DNA from: Rhodocyclaceae bacterium
GTDB taxonomy: Bacteria > Pseudomonadota > Gammaproteobacteria > Burkholderiales > Rhodocyclaceae
Length of the DNA stretch: 64,000 bases
Reading direction: 5' to 3'
NCBI GenBank assembly: GCA_016702335.1
Contig: JADJEF010000020.1
Span: 1,538,032 to 1,602,031, forward strand
Shown: positions 28,401-37,067 of the stretch, in pieces
Layout: each line of letters opens with the position of its first letter
Position numbering within the stretch: position 1 is the first letter of the stretch
The notes under the pieces: generated by a model
What the model was told of the DNA's origin: nothing
What the model saw: only the letters and a program-made list of their open reading frames with translations
The model's database searches: none
Program-made: the position numbers and the translations under genes

Positions 28401-30693
28401 GCGCCTCGTAGACCGCCTCGCGCTTTTCGCTGAGGTCGGCGGCGAAGCCTTCCTGTTCGCCGAAGCGTCCTTCGAGTTCTTCGAGCTGCGCCAGCAGCCG
28501 CGTCATCGCATCGTCGCATTGTTCGGGCGTGTCGACCCGCTCCAGCGCGCTTTCGACGGACTGGGCGAAGAGCTTGAACTGAGCGCCGAATTCGGCGGAG
28601 AGTTCGACGCTGGCGAGGTGCTTGCGGCGATTGCGCACCTCTGCCCGCAGCCGGTTGGTTTCGGCGTAGGTGCTGGAAATCTGCTCGAGGATGCCGGTGC
28701 GCGCGGTGGCGTCGCCGCTGGGCAAGTTAGCGACCAGTTCGTTCAACAGGTCCAGGGCGTGGGCGGTGTGTTCGAGGGCCTTGCCTTGCTCGTCAAGCTG
28801 GGTCGTGGTTGTTGCGGTGCCGATGGCAGCTGAGGTTGCGACCAATGCGCTCAGATAGGGCTGAAAGGCTTTGTCGGTGAGCAGGAAGGCAAGGGTCTTC
28901 TCGCCGATTCGTAGCTGTTCGGAGGCCAGTTGCTGGTCGATGGCGTCGATGCGCGGCAGGTCGATGTAGCGCTGCTCGCGCAACGCCAGTAGCCGCCCGC
29001 GCTCCATGCGCAGGCGGTCGAGCATGGCGACGAATTCGTCCGGGTGCTGCCAGAGCTTGGCGGCGATGTCGGTGAGCAGTTTGTGCTGCTCGCCTTCGGC
29101 CTGGGCGAGCAGGCGGGCAGCTTCGCGGCGGATGGCAGCGACCTTGTCGAATTCGTCGAGCGCGGCTCGGGCTGTCCCGGCGATAGCCTTGAGATCAGCA
29201 TCGGCATGGCCCGCTTCGTCGCTGGCCAGCCAGAAATAGCCGTCGAGAATGCGGCTGCACAGACGCAGCAGGTCTTCATAGACCACGCGCGTCGGTGCCT
29301 GCTCGCCGACCGCGCGAGTAATTTCCATCGATTCGGCGATGCCGCGCACCAGTTCGGCATTGCCGATACGGCCGAAGAAACTGGCGCGATCGACGTTACG
29401 CTCGGCGTGATCGTCGCTGACGAAGGGCGTTTGCCAGAGTTGCATCGGATGTAGCCGCGTCGGCTCGTCGGCATCGCTCTGGAACACCAGCATGCGGCCG
29501 TCGTCGTAGCGGGCGTAGCCGTGGGAGAAGACCGGCGTGCCGAGACGCTTTTCGATCAGGTTGTAGGTGAATAGGGCATATTGGCCGCCACCGGGCTGGT
29601 AAAAGACGTAGAGCACGTCTTCGCCGTTCGGCGAGCGCTGCATGCGCTTGAAGCGTAGGCCGGTATTACCCATCGTGGCGTCGGGGGGCAGGTCGAAGCG
29701 CTTGTGCTCGCCGGCTTGCAGGTAGTAGCCGCCGGGGAAGATGATGCCGTGGTCCTCCGGCAGTTGCACGCACGACGGGCCAATGGCGTCGATGCGGACG
29801 ACCTGCTGGGTGCGGTGGTTATAGACCAGATAGCGGTAGTCCGGCTCGCGGTAGGGCTTGATCTTGAGCAGGATCAGCGAACCGAGGCGAACATAGTAGA
29901 TCTCTGCGTCGGCCAGCGACTGGTTCTTGTCAACGACGGGTTCGGCATAGATGCCCAGCCCGCTTTCTGTGTTGTTCTCGATTTTGACGGTGAGATCGCC
30001 GCCAACCGTCTCGACGAAGATGGTGTTGAGGATATTGATGTGGGGGTGGCGACCCGTGATGTGGTCTTCGCGGCGGGTGGGTAGCCATTCGAAGTCGTGA
30101 GCCGCCGGTAGCGCGATGTCGCGCTCGCCGCGGTTGTCGATGTATTTAAGGCTACCGTCGAGTTCGATGGACCAGCGGAAAACGCGCAGATCGGTGAGCT
30201 GCTGGCCGATCTGGAAGGCGGCGAGGAGCTTGTGCTGGTTGATGCGCAACTGCGTCAGGCTGGCCTGCTTGTAGTAGCTGTAGAGCTCGCGAAAATCCAT
30301 CTCGAAACGCGAATCGGCGAGGAAGCTGCCCTCCAGCGGGACAGCTTCCAGTTCTTCGCTGCCCGCCGCCTCGTTCAGGCGATAGAGGCTGAACACGTCT
30401 GCTGCCTGGATGTCCTTGCGCAGGCCCATGAAGACGTTGTAGCCGAAGACCAGGGTATCGCCGACCCGGACGATGTCGCGGGCGACACAGTTGTTCTCGG
30501 TGCGCGCGCGCAGGCGGGCTTGCAGCTTGAGGTCGGAGCGGCCGAAGGCGGTCAGGCGCGCTTCGTTAAGCTGCTTGATTTTGCCGGCCAAGACCTCGCC
30601 CTGTTGCTGGAGGCGCTTCCTCAGCAGTTCGTAGCTGCCGCCAGCGGCAACTGCGGCTTCGACTTGGGTGCTGTCTGTTTCGGCTTGGGTCAT
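25414..30693 (-). CDS. giant (1759 aa) uncharacterised protein with C-terminal-half AAA+ ATPase domain
   Basis: Single uninterrupted ORF. P-loop LLISPPGYGKTT followed by Walker B-like MLYLDDIQH near residue 1330. Same strand as, and downstream of, yqiJ-flotillin. Confidence 0.8.
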   Translation of the reverse strand: MTQAETDSTQVEAAVAAGGSYELLRKRLQQQGEVLAGKIKQLNEARLTAFGRSDLKLQARLRARTENNCVARDIVRVGDTLVFGYNVFMGLRKDIQAADVFSLYRLNEAAGSEELEAVPLEGSFLADSRFEMDFRELYSYYKQASLTQLRINQHKLLAAFQIGQQLTDLRVFRWSIELDGSLKYIDNRGERDIALPAAHDFEWLPTRREDHITGRHPHINILNTIFVETVGGDLTVKIENNTESGLGIYAEPVVDKNQSLADAEIYYVRLGSLILLKIKPYREPDYRYLVYNHRTQQVVRIDAIGPSCVQLPEDHGIIFPGGYYLQAGEHKRFDLPPDATMGNTGLRFKRMQRSPNGEDVLYVFYQPGGGQYALFTYNLIEKRLGTPVFSHGYARYDDGRMLVFQSDADEPTRLHPMQLWQTPFVSDDHAERNVDRASFFGRIGNAELVRGIAESMEITRAVGEQAPTRVVYEDLLRLCSRILDGYFWLASDEAGHADADLKAIAGTARAALDEFDKVAAIRREAARLLAQAEGEQHKLLTDIAAKLWQHPDEFVAMLDRLRMERGRLLALREQRYIDLPRIDAIDQQLASEQLRIGEKTLAFLLTDKAFQPYLSALVATSAAIGTATTTTQLDEQGKALEHTAHALDLLNELVANLPSGDATARTGILEQISSTYAETNRLRAEVRNRRKHLASVELSAEFGAQFKLFAQSVESALERVDTPEQCDDAMTRLLAQLEELEGRFGEQEGFAADLSEKREAVYEALTARKQQLLETRQRRAQTLMDSAQRIIAGIPRRVQQFKELAEVHGYFAGDPLLAKCRSVCDELRKIGAQLQADDLDTRLKTARDQAIRAVRDRAELTGEDGNTIHLGRHAFTVGHQALDLTLVPGEQGLAYHLTGTDYLVPLQHEEAQALKPFWTMALVSESATLYRAEYLAGEILHACQRGEYETTLDTLQTLCSADTQEGLLALVREFSAARYQEGYQKGVHDHDTAAILTALLPMQAQASRLAFSPRARVLAALFWLQGAPMIERPRLQRQAASAGQIYQLFGAANVRQALITRWAPDIARIAEREHLLKLWAAGPELSEEAAAYLVDELASDGAWIASGAALDLADAFVRHLERQGQLARWRDSLADCTPLDAWHLARDWVGSYQQAHAPTEAAWSDEAAATLVLDLPRQRHNADLACTVAGLRGEHPRIENGQLALNLNDFHGRLRQHANGIVPQFRRWQALRQQVLASEKAQLHLDQFQAKPLSSFVRNRLIDEVYLPLVGDNLAKQIGAAGDAKRTDRMGMLLLISPPGYGKTTLMEYIADRLGLIFVRINCPALGHDVVSLDPTQAPHSGARQELEKLNLGLAMGNNVMLYLDDIQHTNPEFLQKFIALCDGTRRIEGVWQGAPRTYDMRGKRFAVVMAGNPYTESGEAFKIPDMLANRADIYNLGDVLSGKEASFALSYIENSLTANPALMPLATRDPKDIERLVKLAQGEDIPASAFAHSYSSAELTELTGIMQRLFKVRDVLLRVNQAYILSAAQDDDYRVEPPFKLQGSYRNMAKLAVKVTAIMEPAELDALLRDHYRGEAQTLTTGAEENLLKLAQLIGTPTKEEQARWTTITEGYRRLKKLGGSESDGATRVANLLADIGMTLDGLRTQLASPLPGTPDWARELGALRDMIAALQPSIRVDVAESPAIAATMRSLSETYEKGIAPLVTAAYHKLKMDHDIWERVQAMGKEMKQLIEMTDMPHAKTAPRTRKAAGSGEAGKA

Positions 30694-30884
30694 GACGGTT
30701 CGTGGTGTTCCGAGGATTCCATTCGGTCAGGCTCGGCATTCAAAAAGGCAAGCATTTCTCGCCGCTGGCCCTGTTGCGTCAGCCATTGACGCATCTCACA
30801 CAGACGCGCAAATTCGGCAGCCCCAAAGCGAGCGCTGCAATAGCAGAACAACTCGGCTGCGCTCGCTTTTTTGCGTGCCGTCAT
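30690..30884 (-). CDS. small hypothetical protein (64 aa), translationally coupled to the giant gene
   Basis: Start lies 6 bp after the flotillin stop. Its stop overlaps the giant gene start (ATGA). No homology recognised. Confidence 0.35.
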   Translation of the reverse strand: MTARKKASAAELFCYCSARFGAAEFARLCEMRQWLTQQGQRREMLAFLNAEPDRMESSEHHEPS

Positions 30885-30889
30885 TGCGA

Positions 30890-33112
30890 CTAATTGCGCA
30901 AGCTGGTGACGAATTTCTGTAATGCCGAGCGCTGGTCCGCCGTGCCCTCCTGCATCACCTTGGTCATGATCGCGGTCAGGCTCAGGTTTTGCAGCTCGGG
31001 CGACGAACTGCCCAGTGCGCCGATCAGACCTTGCAGATCGCCGACCATGTCGCGTTCGCCGGCGAGGTGATCTTTGAGCGCAATCTGCAGCGTTTCGCTC
31101 TTGGCGATTGCGCCGTCAATACCCTTGCCGACTGCCAGCGCATTGACGAAGCGCTGGAAGTAATCGCCTTCGCCGCCGACGATGTCGATCTTGGCGTGGC
31201 TCATGGCCGATGACAGGACTTCGGCCTGTTCTTTGGCGATACTGGTTTGTGCCTCGATGCCCTTGAGGATTTCGATATGGGCGTTGTTCACGCGCACGCG
31301 ATATTCCTCGTGCGCCCGTGTCTCCGGCGACATTTCGGCCATGGCGGCGAATTTTTCCTTCAGACCGCGCGCTTCCGCAATCATGCGGGCTTCGACGGCT
31401 TCGCCTTCTGCATGGCCTTGCTTGCTGACGGCTTCGGCGTCGGCGGCTTTGATAGTCACGGCGGCCATGCCGAGCTGCTGGTTGCCTTGTGCCTGTGCTT
31501 CGAGCTTGAGGCGCAGCACATCGGCTTCGGCAGTGCCGTATTTCGCGGTGGCGTCAGCGTCGGCGATTTTCACCTTGGCGGCGACCATGCCGAGTTGCTG
31601 GTTACCCTGTGCCTGTGCTTCGAGCTTGAGGCGCAGCACATCGGCTTCGGCGGTGCCGAATTTCGCAGTGGCGTCGGCGTCGGCGATCTTCACCTTGGCG
31701 GCGACCATGCCAGCTTTCTCGTTGGCGTCGGCAGTGGCCAGTTGCACCTTCGCGGCGGCGAGGCCCGGGGCGGCGGCGTAGGCTTCGATACCCTCGGCCT
31801 CGCGCTTCTTGGCCTCGGCGTCCTTTTCGGCAACCTTCAATTTGGCTTCGGCCAGGGTCAAATCCCGCGTGGCTTGATGACGCGCCTTGCGTTCATCGGA
31901 CTCCGCGGCTTTCACCTGCAGCACCAGATCATGCTCTGCCTTGCCTTCCGCTTCGATGACGGTTGACTTGCGGACGCGGTCAGCCTCTGACACCAGGCGA
32001 ACTTCCTTGATCGCTTCCTCCTGCTCGGCGACCGTGCGCTCGACGATGACCCGTTCGCGGATCACATCGGCGATGGCCTTCTTCTGCACTTCGACCGCCT
32101 TGTCCTTGTCTATGGTCTGCAGCGTGACTTCTTTCTCGCGGTCAACGATCTCCAACAGGCGGGCGCGGGTGACGCGCTCTTCCTCGATGGCGACAGCGCG
32201 TTGGCGGTTGTTGGCGGCCACTTCGGTTTCGCGCCTGACGTTTTCCTTTTGTACCGCGATCAACTGGTCGGCCTGCAGCCCGGCCAGTTCGCCCTTGGCG
32301 CGCTCTTCGGACTGCACCTTGCGTGATTCGGCCTCTTCACGGGCTTGAACGACGGCAATTTCCCGAAGCTGACGGGCCTGCGCCTCGGCTTGCTGACGCT
32401 CCAGCTCATAGATGGTTTCCTGCGTCTCGACGTCTTTCTTCTTTATCTTGGCCTGTTCGTCGCGCTCCCACTGATTGGTCTGAATATGCTCGATGGCGGT
32501 CAGCTCGGTGATCTTGCGGATACCTTGGGCATCCATGATGTTGCGGGGATCGAGCCTGTCGAGCGGCGTTTGCTCCAAATAGTCGATAGCGGCGTCTTCC
32601 AGCACGTAGCCGGACAGGTTGTCGCCGATCTGGCGGAGTATTTCGTCCCGGAAGCGGTCGCGAGCCTGATAGAGGTCTTCGAAATTCATCGACTTGCCGG
32701 CGGTCTTAAGGGCTTCGGAGAATTTGGCGGCGAAGAGTTCTTCCAGGGTTTCCTGACTCGACGCACGGGCGCAGCCAATGTTCTGAGCGACCTTCATCAC
32801 GTCGGCGGTGGTCTTATTGACATGCACGAAAAAGGTAACTTCGATGTCGGCGCGGATATTGTCCTTGCAGATCAGCCCCTGATTTCCGGTGCGCTTGATC
32901 ACGATGGTCTTGATGGAGATTTCCATCATCTCCATCTTGTGAATGATCGGATACACCATGCCGCCGGTGAAGGTGACCTCCGGCATGGCGGAGAGGTTAT
33001 TCACGATCATCGCGTGCCCCTGTTCCACCTTGTGATAGAACTTCGCGAACAGAGCGAACAGTCCGAAGACGAAGATCGCCAGTATGACGATAGCAGTGAG
33101 GATCAGTTCCAT
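30890..33112 (-). CDS. yqiK: flotillin-like SPFH/band-7 protein (YqiK family) with long coiled-coil and internal 39-aa tandem repeats
   Basis: N-terminal TM plus SPFH domain (MIVNNLSAMPEVTFTGGMVYPIIHKMEMMEISIKTI). Long E/A/K/R-rich coiled-coil. C-terminal flotillin-like tail. Confidence 0.85.
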   Translation of the reverse strand: MELILTAIVILAIFVFGLFALFAKFYHKVEQGHAMIVNNLSAMPEVTFTGGMVYPIIHKMEMMEISIKTIVIKRTGNQGLICKDNIRADIEVTFFVHVNKTTADVMKVAQNIGCARASSQETLEELFAAKFSEALKTAGKSMNFEDLYQARDRFRDEILRQIGDNLSGYVLEDAAIDYLEQTPLDRLDPRNIMDAQGIRKITELTAIEHIQTNQWERDEQAKIKKKDVETQETIYELERQQAEAQARQLREIAVVQAREEAESRKVQSEERAKGELAGLQADQLIAVQKENVRRETEVAANNRQRAVAIEEERVTRARLLEIVDREKEVTLQTIDKDKAVEVQKKAIADVIRERVIVERTVAEQEEAIKEVRLVSEADRVRKSTVIEAEGKAEHDLVLQVKAAESDERKARHQATRDLTLAEAKLKVAEKDAEAKKREAEGIEAYAAAPGLAAAKVQLATADANEKAGMVAAKVKIADADATAKFGTAEADVLRLKLEAQAQGNQQLGMVAAKVKIADADATAKYGTAEADVLRLKLEAQAQGNQQLGMAAVTIKAADAEAVSKQGHAEGEAVEARMIAEARGLKEKFAAMAEMSPETRAHEEYRVRVNNAHIEILKGIEAQTSIAKEQAEVLSSAMSHAKIDIVGGEGDYFQRFVNALAVGKGIDGAIAKSETLQIALKDHLAGERDMVGDLQGLIGALGSSSPELQNLSLTAIMTKVMQEGTADQRSALQKFVTSLRN
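31444..31710. repeat. 117-bp direct tandem repeat (~2.3 copies) inside the flotillin gene
   Basis: 31467-31583 and 31584-31700 are near-identical. They encode the repeated AGMVAAKVKIADADATAK(F/Y)GTAEADVLRLKLEAQAQGNQQL segment. Confidence 0.85.
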
Positions 33113-33137
33113 TGGTTTGCCTTTCGGTGGGTTGTAG

Positions 33138-33800
33138 TCAAACGGGATCGGTGGTGGCTGGGTCGACGCCAGTGACGCGGTAGCGCTGAGCGGCTTCGTC
33201 GTAGTTGATTATCAGCGCCTGCGCTCCCTTGCAAAGGGTATTCGGTTCGGCGGCGGCAATGCGAATATTGAAGCTGCCGGTGTGATCGGCGCCCTCGGCC
33301 TGACCAAACGCTTCGCCGACTGTCAGCGTAGTGACCCGGCAGTACAGGCCGATCAGACCCTGGCTGGATCGCGCGGTATGGCGCACGAACAAGCCACGTA
33401 TTGGCTGCACCAGGAGCGCAGTGAGAAAAATGGACGGTGCCAACGCGAGCACGGCAACGGCCAGACCCGCCACGGCACGCAAGGGCGCAGTGGGCACCCA
33501 GGACAGGAGGTATTGGGAAATTAGCCCGGTGATTACCCAGGCGATCAGGGTTACCAGGCTGATCACTATCGAGAACGGCACGCCGCTCAAGCCGAAGGCG
33601 ACAACGTAACCGGCGATGGTGGAAAGATGCTCGCCGCCGCTGTGGTTGGGCACCTCGTGGTGGGCATCGATATGCAAATGGCCGTGGTCAAAATTGACGA
33701 CGCCCACCAGCGCCATCAGCCAGTACAGCACCACCACGCCAAGCAATACCGTATAGACACCCGTCGGCCAGCCGACAATCAGTGTTAGCAATGCGTCCAT
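33138..33800 (-). CDS. yqiJ: NfeD-like inner-membrane protein (YqiJ family), partner of the flotillin
   Basis: Multi-TM N-terminus plus C-terminal beta-rich domain (VTTLTVGEAFGQAEG...ALIINYDEAAQRYRV). Lies immediately upstream of the flotillin gene. Confidence 0.7.
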   Translation of the reverse strand: MDALLTLIVGWPTGVYTVLLGVVVLYWLMALVGVVNFDHGHLHIDAHHEVPNHSGGEHLSTIAGYVVAFGLSGVPFSIVISLVTLIAWVITGLISQYLLSWVPTAPLRAVAGLAVAVLALAPSIFLTALLVQPIRGLFVRHTARSSQGLIGLYCRVTTLTVGEAFGQAEGADHTGSFNIRIAAAEPNTLCKGAQALIINYDEAAQRYRVTGVDPATTDPV

Positions 33801-33927
33801 ACCCGTCCTCGCTCAGTTCGCGCCGCCAAAGCCTGTCATTGTGCGGCTATGGGGAAAGTCAATCAAGTCGAATTTGATGACGGCGCGCTTGAATTTGCTG
33901 CCGAAGACTCTCTGCGGCAACGGTGAG

Positions 33928-34872
33928 TCAGCGAGTCTGCGAGGCGATCCAGATCGCCAGCCCCTGAGCATCCAGTTCCAGATCCATGTCCCAGATCTCC
34001 AGCAACTGCACATCTGACTGCTGACAGCCGTGGGCGCGCGCTTCGGCCAGCAGGTAGGTGCGCAGGTGCTGATGAATCGCCGCAATCGCCGTGTCACCAG
34101 CGCCGACTTGCCGCGCAATCGCCACCATGCCGTCCAGCCGGCGCAGCAGGTCAGTCGCTAGCAACGCGGGCGGTGCGCGCCGGCTGTAGTGGGTGAGATA
34201 CACCGCCTCGGGCTGGCAGGCGAGCATGCGTGCCACCGAATCGCGCATGGCCTCGGGATCAAACTGGCTGGGCGTGGTGGTGGGGAAGATGAAGGCGCGG
34301 CCATCGACATCGCATTCGCGATAACTCAGTCCAAAGGTATCGCCGGTGAATAGGCCACGCGCGGCGTGATCGTGAATGAAGACATGGTGCTTGGCATGGC
34401 CGGGGCAGTCATGAAAGCTCAGGGTGCGTGCGCCCAATGTCAGCATCATCCCATCGGTGGTTTCGAGCACGCGTTCGGCTGCAATGGGGATAAGCGCACC
34501 GTAGAGTGCCTTGGCGCGCTCGCTGCCGTATACCTCTTCGGTCGCGGCCCAGAGCTTGGCGGGCTCGATCATGTGCCGCGCCCCGCGCGGGTGCACCACC
34601 AGTTTGGCGTGCGGAAAGGCCTGCATCATGGCGCCAGCGCCGCCGGCATGATCGAGGTGAATGTGTGTGAGCAACACATAGTCAACGCAGTCCGGCGTGA
34701 GGCCCAGCTCGCTCAGCGCAGCTTGAGCGGCCGGCAGGCTGTAGTTGCTGCCGCAATCGACAAAGGCGGCGCGACCGTTGTCGATAATCAGGTGGATCGC
34801 CGCCAGTTGGTGGCGCACATAGGTGGCGTCGATGGCATGAATGCCGTTGCCGTAGTCGATGCGGGGGGTCAT
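33928..34872 (-). CDS. MBL-fold metallo-hydrolase
   Basis: LLTHIHLDHAGG motif. 314 aa. Contains a copy of the dispersed repeat near its 3' end (encoding VGAGDTAIA). Confidence 0.75.
   Translation of the reverse strand: MTPRIDYGNGIHAIDATYVRHQLAAIHLIIDNGRAAFVDCGSNYSLPAAQAALSELGLTPDCVDYVLLTHIHLDHAGGAGAMMQAFPHAKLVVHPRGARHMIEPAKLWAATEEVYGSERAKALYGALIPIAAERVLETTDGMMLTLGARTLSFHDCPGHAKHHVFIHDHAARGLFTGDTFGLSYRECDVDGRAFIFPTTTPSQFDPEAMRDSVARMLACQPEAVYLTHYSRRAPPALLATDLLRRLDGMVAIARQVGAGDTAIAAIHQHLRTYLLAEARAHGCQQSDVQLLEIWDMDLELDAQGLAIWIASQTR
34087..34113 (+). repeat. dispersed element copy 4
   Basis: CGCCGTgtcaCCAGCGCCGACTTGCCG. Lies inside the minus-strand MBL gene, where it encodes ...VGAGDTAIA... Confidence 0.85.
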
Positions 34873-35042
34873 TGCTTTCTCCGTCTTTCCAAGACCGGGA
34901 GTATCGCTCAGGCGCTCACTGCGGCGAGATTCAGGTGCCGCTGGGCGAGGGGCGAAGGTGCCCGTGAGGCCTTACCCCTCCGCCTCCAGAAAACTGATCT
35001 AGCGCAAGAACCCGGCAGCGTGGACTTGCTAGACTGCGCGCC

Positions 35043-35441
35043 ATGTTCTCCGGTTTCGATGTGCTGCTGATGCGCCTGCGCCGCCATGGCTGGGCCTTGC
35101 TCGCCCTGGCCTTGAGCCTGGTGCTGCTGCAAACCGCGACGCTCGCCCGTAGCGCGCCTCATGGGAGCGTCGGCGGCGAAAGCGGGCTCAGTGAAATCTG
35201 TACCGTACAAGGTGTCATCACCGTCAATGCCAACGGCGAACCGGTGCTGCCGGCCAGCAGCGACGCTGGCCACGATTGCTGCGTCAGTTGCATTCTGGCT
35301 GCCCCGGCACTCCCCGATACGGCCCGCATCGCCGTCCCGCCAGCGCCGACTTGCGGAACGCAAGCCGCCCACGTCGCCGCGCCTTACCCTGGGCGCGACC
35401 AGTACCGCGCGCCGCCGAGCCGCGCCCCACCCTCCGCCTGA
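35043..35441 (+). CDS. DUF2946-like small membrane-anchored Cys-motif protein (paralog 1)
   Basis: N-terminal TM. HDCCVSC motif. C-terminal ..IAVPPAPTCG...PP..A tail shared with paralogs at 36627 and 40901. Copper-locus context. Confidence 0.55.
   Translation: MFSGFDVLLMRLRRHGWALLALALSLVLLQTATLARSAPHGSVGGESGLSEICTVQGVITVNANGEPVLPASSDAGHDCCVSCILAAPALPDTARIAVPPAPTCGTQAAHVAAPYPGRDQYRAPPSRAPPSA
35330..35356 (+). repeat. dispersed element copy 5
   Basis: CGCCGTcccgCCAGCGCCGACTTGCGG. In-frame in DUF2946 paralog 1 (IAVPPAPTCG). Confidence 0.85.
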
Positions 35442-35510
35442 GTGTTTTCCGGTGGCCCTGTTCCTGCGAACAGCGGCCTTTGGTTTCTCACTTTTGTTCA
35501 GGAGGGATTC

Positions 35511-36083
35511 ATGTCCCCAGAGAGTTGCATTGGCTTCGCCCATGGCGAAGCAGTTTTGGTCGCTGGCATGCCCGGACGCTGCTGGCGCATTCATCAAGGC
35601 GCTGTCCGCCTCACCCGCTGGGTAGACGACAGCGAGCACTTTGCCGGCCTGGCCCGCACCGGTGACCTGATCGGGGTCGAGGCGCTCATGGGTAATGACA
35701 GCACGTTCAGTGCCTATGCCTTGAGCGAACTTATTCTTGAGCCCAAGGGTGCGCTGGACAGTGCCGCCCTGCTGGCCGCGCTCACCTCCAGCGAGCAACG
35801 AGCCGCCGAGGCGCTCGCCCTGTGTCGCGGCACGGCAGACGAACGCATCGCACGTCTGATGACCCTGCTGGCCAAGCCCACCGCCAGCGGCCACGCCCGC
35901 GTGCAAATGCCCAGCCTGCGCGAAATGGCCGAGATCACCAACCTGACGCAAGAGACCATCTCGCGCGTGGTCAGCCGCTTGCGGCGTCTTGGCCAGTTGG
36001 TGCGCAACAGCCGGGCGCAGGCCGAGTTCATTCCCTGCCGTGGGCTGGCCACCGGCAATCCGGGTCTGAGTCTGGCGGCCTGA
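35511..36083 (+). CDS. Crp/Fnr-family transcriptional regulator
   Basis: RBS aggaggga. cNMP-binding-like N-terminus. C-terminal HTH (SLREMAEITNLTQETISRVVSRLRRLG). Confidence 0.75.
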   Translation: MSPESCIGFAHGEAVLVAGMPGRCWRIHQGAVRLTRWVDDSEHFAGLARTGDLIGVEALMGNDSTFSAYALSELILEPKGALDSAALLAALTSSEQRAAEALALCRGTADERIARLMTLLAKPTASGHARVQMPSLREMAEITNLTQETISRVVSRLRRLGQLVRNSRAQAEFIPCRGLATGNPGLSLAA

Positions 36084-36133
36084 TCACAATTCCCTCCACT
36101 GCCCACTTCATTCACCTTAGCGAAAGAAATCCC

Positions 36134-36604
36134 ATGAGACTCAAACTTGCCGCACTCCTCACTGCTCTCCTCGCCACCGCGCTTGCCAGCCAGTTCGCCG
36201 TGGCCGAGGTCAAGGTCGCCGACGCCTGGGTGCGCGCCACCGTGCCCGCCCAAAAAGCCACCGGTGCCTTCATGACCCTGACGGCTGACAAGGCGACCCG
36301 TCTGATCGCGGCAAGTTCGCCTGCCGCCGAGGTGACCGAGGTGCATGAAATGGCCATGAGCGACGGCATCATGACCATGCGCCATTTGGAGAAAGGGCTG
36401 GAGCTGCCCGCCGGCAAGGCCGTCGAGCTCAAGCCCGGTGGCTATCACTTCATGCTCATGGGCCTGAAGGCACAGATGAAGGCAGGCAGCACCGTGCCGC
36501 TCACCCTCAGCTTGCAAGACGCCGATGGCAAGAGCCGGACCGTCGCGGTCGAGGCCGTGGTCAAGCCGCTCGCGGCCCCGGCGGCAGGCTCCAAGCACCA
36601 CTGA
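36134..36604 (+). CDS. periplasmic copper chaperone PCu(A)C
   Basis: Signal peptide. H(M)x10Mx21HxM-type motif (EVHEMAMSDGIMTMRHLE). About 156 aa. Confidence 0.8.
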   Translation: MRLKLAALLTALLATALASQFAVAEVKVADAWVRATVPAQKATGAFMTLTADKATRLIAASSPAAEVTEVHEMAMSDGIMTMRHLEKGLELPAGKAVELKPGGYHFMLMGLKAQMKAGSTVPLTLSLQDADGKSRTVAVEAVVKPLAAPAAGSKHH

Positions 36605-36626
36605 GCCACTGAGTAACGGCCGCGCC

Positions 36627-36995
36627 ATGCACAGTTGCCGTCTGCGCCACCCGGCTCCGGCATGGCTCATGCTCGTGCTGGGCCTGCTGGTCTGGTGCGG
36701 TCAGGCCATTGCCTTTCAGCGGCTGGCGCAGGCTGAACTGGTGGCGCTTGATCCGCTCGCGCGCATCGTCGCCGCTTCGCTCTGCACCAGTCATGGCGGT
36801 GAAGCCGGCCCTGTTGCCCAAACCCATGACTGCTGCCTCAGTTGCGTCGGCGTTGCCAGCGGTGGCATCCCCGGCAGCGCGCCAAGCGCCGTCTCACCAG
36901 CGCCGACTTGGGGACTGTTCGTTACCGGCATCCACGCACCACCGCCAACACCTCGCTATCTGCGCCGCCCGGCGCGCGAGCCACCCCTCGCCTGA
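36627..36995 (+). CDS. DUF2946-like protein (paralog 2)
   Basis: TM region. HDCCLSC motif. C-terminal AVSPAPTWG...PPPTPRYLRRPAREPP tail. Confidence 0.55.
   Translation: MHSCRLRHPAPAWLMLVLGLLVWCGQAIAFQRLAQAELVALDPLARIVAASLCTSHGGEAGPVAQTHDCCLSCVGVASGGIPGSAPSAVSPAPTWGLFVTGIHAPPPTPRYLRRPAREPPLA
36887..36913 (+). repeat. dispersed element copy 6
   Basis: CGCCGTctcaCCAGCGCCGACTTGGGG. In-frame in DUF2946 paralog 2 (AVSPAPTWG). Confidence 0.85.
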
Positions 36996-37067
36996 TCGAC
37001 ACCCACTGATTCCTCCACGTGCGCGCCGCGCACCGTGGCCGTATTCCCTGTCGATTGGAAGAATTTC

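Noticed and set aside
31444-31710. Possible CRISPR-like array
   Set aside because: The repeats are 117-bp, in-frame, contiguous and coding (flotillin coiled-coil), with no spacers. The dispersed 27-mer copies are kilobases apart and irregularly spaced, so they are not CRISPR either.
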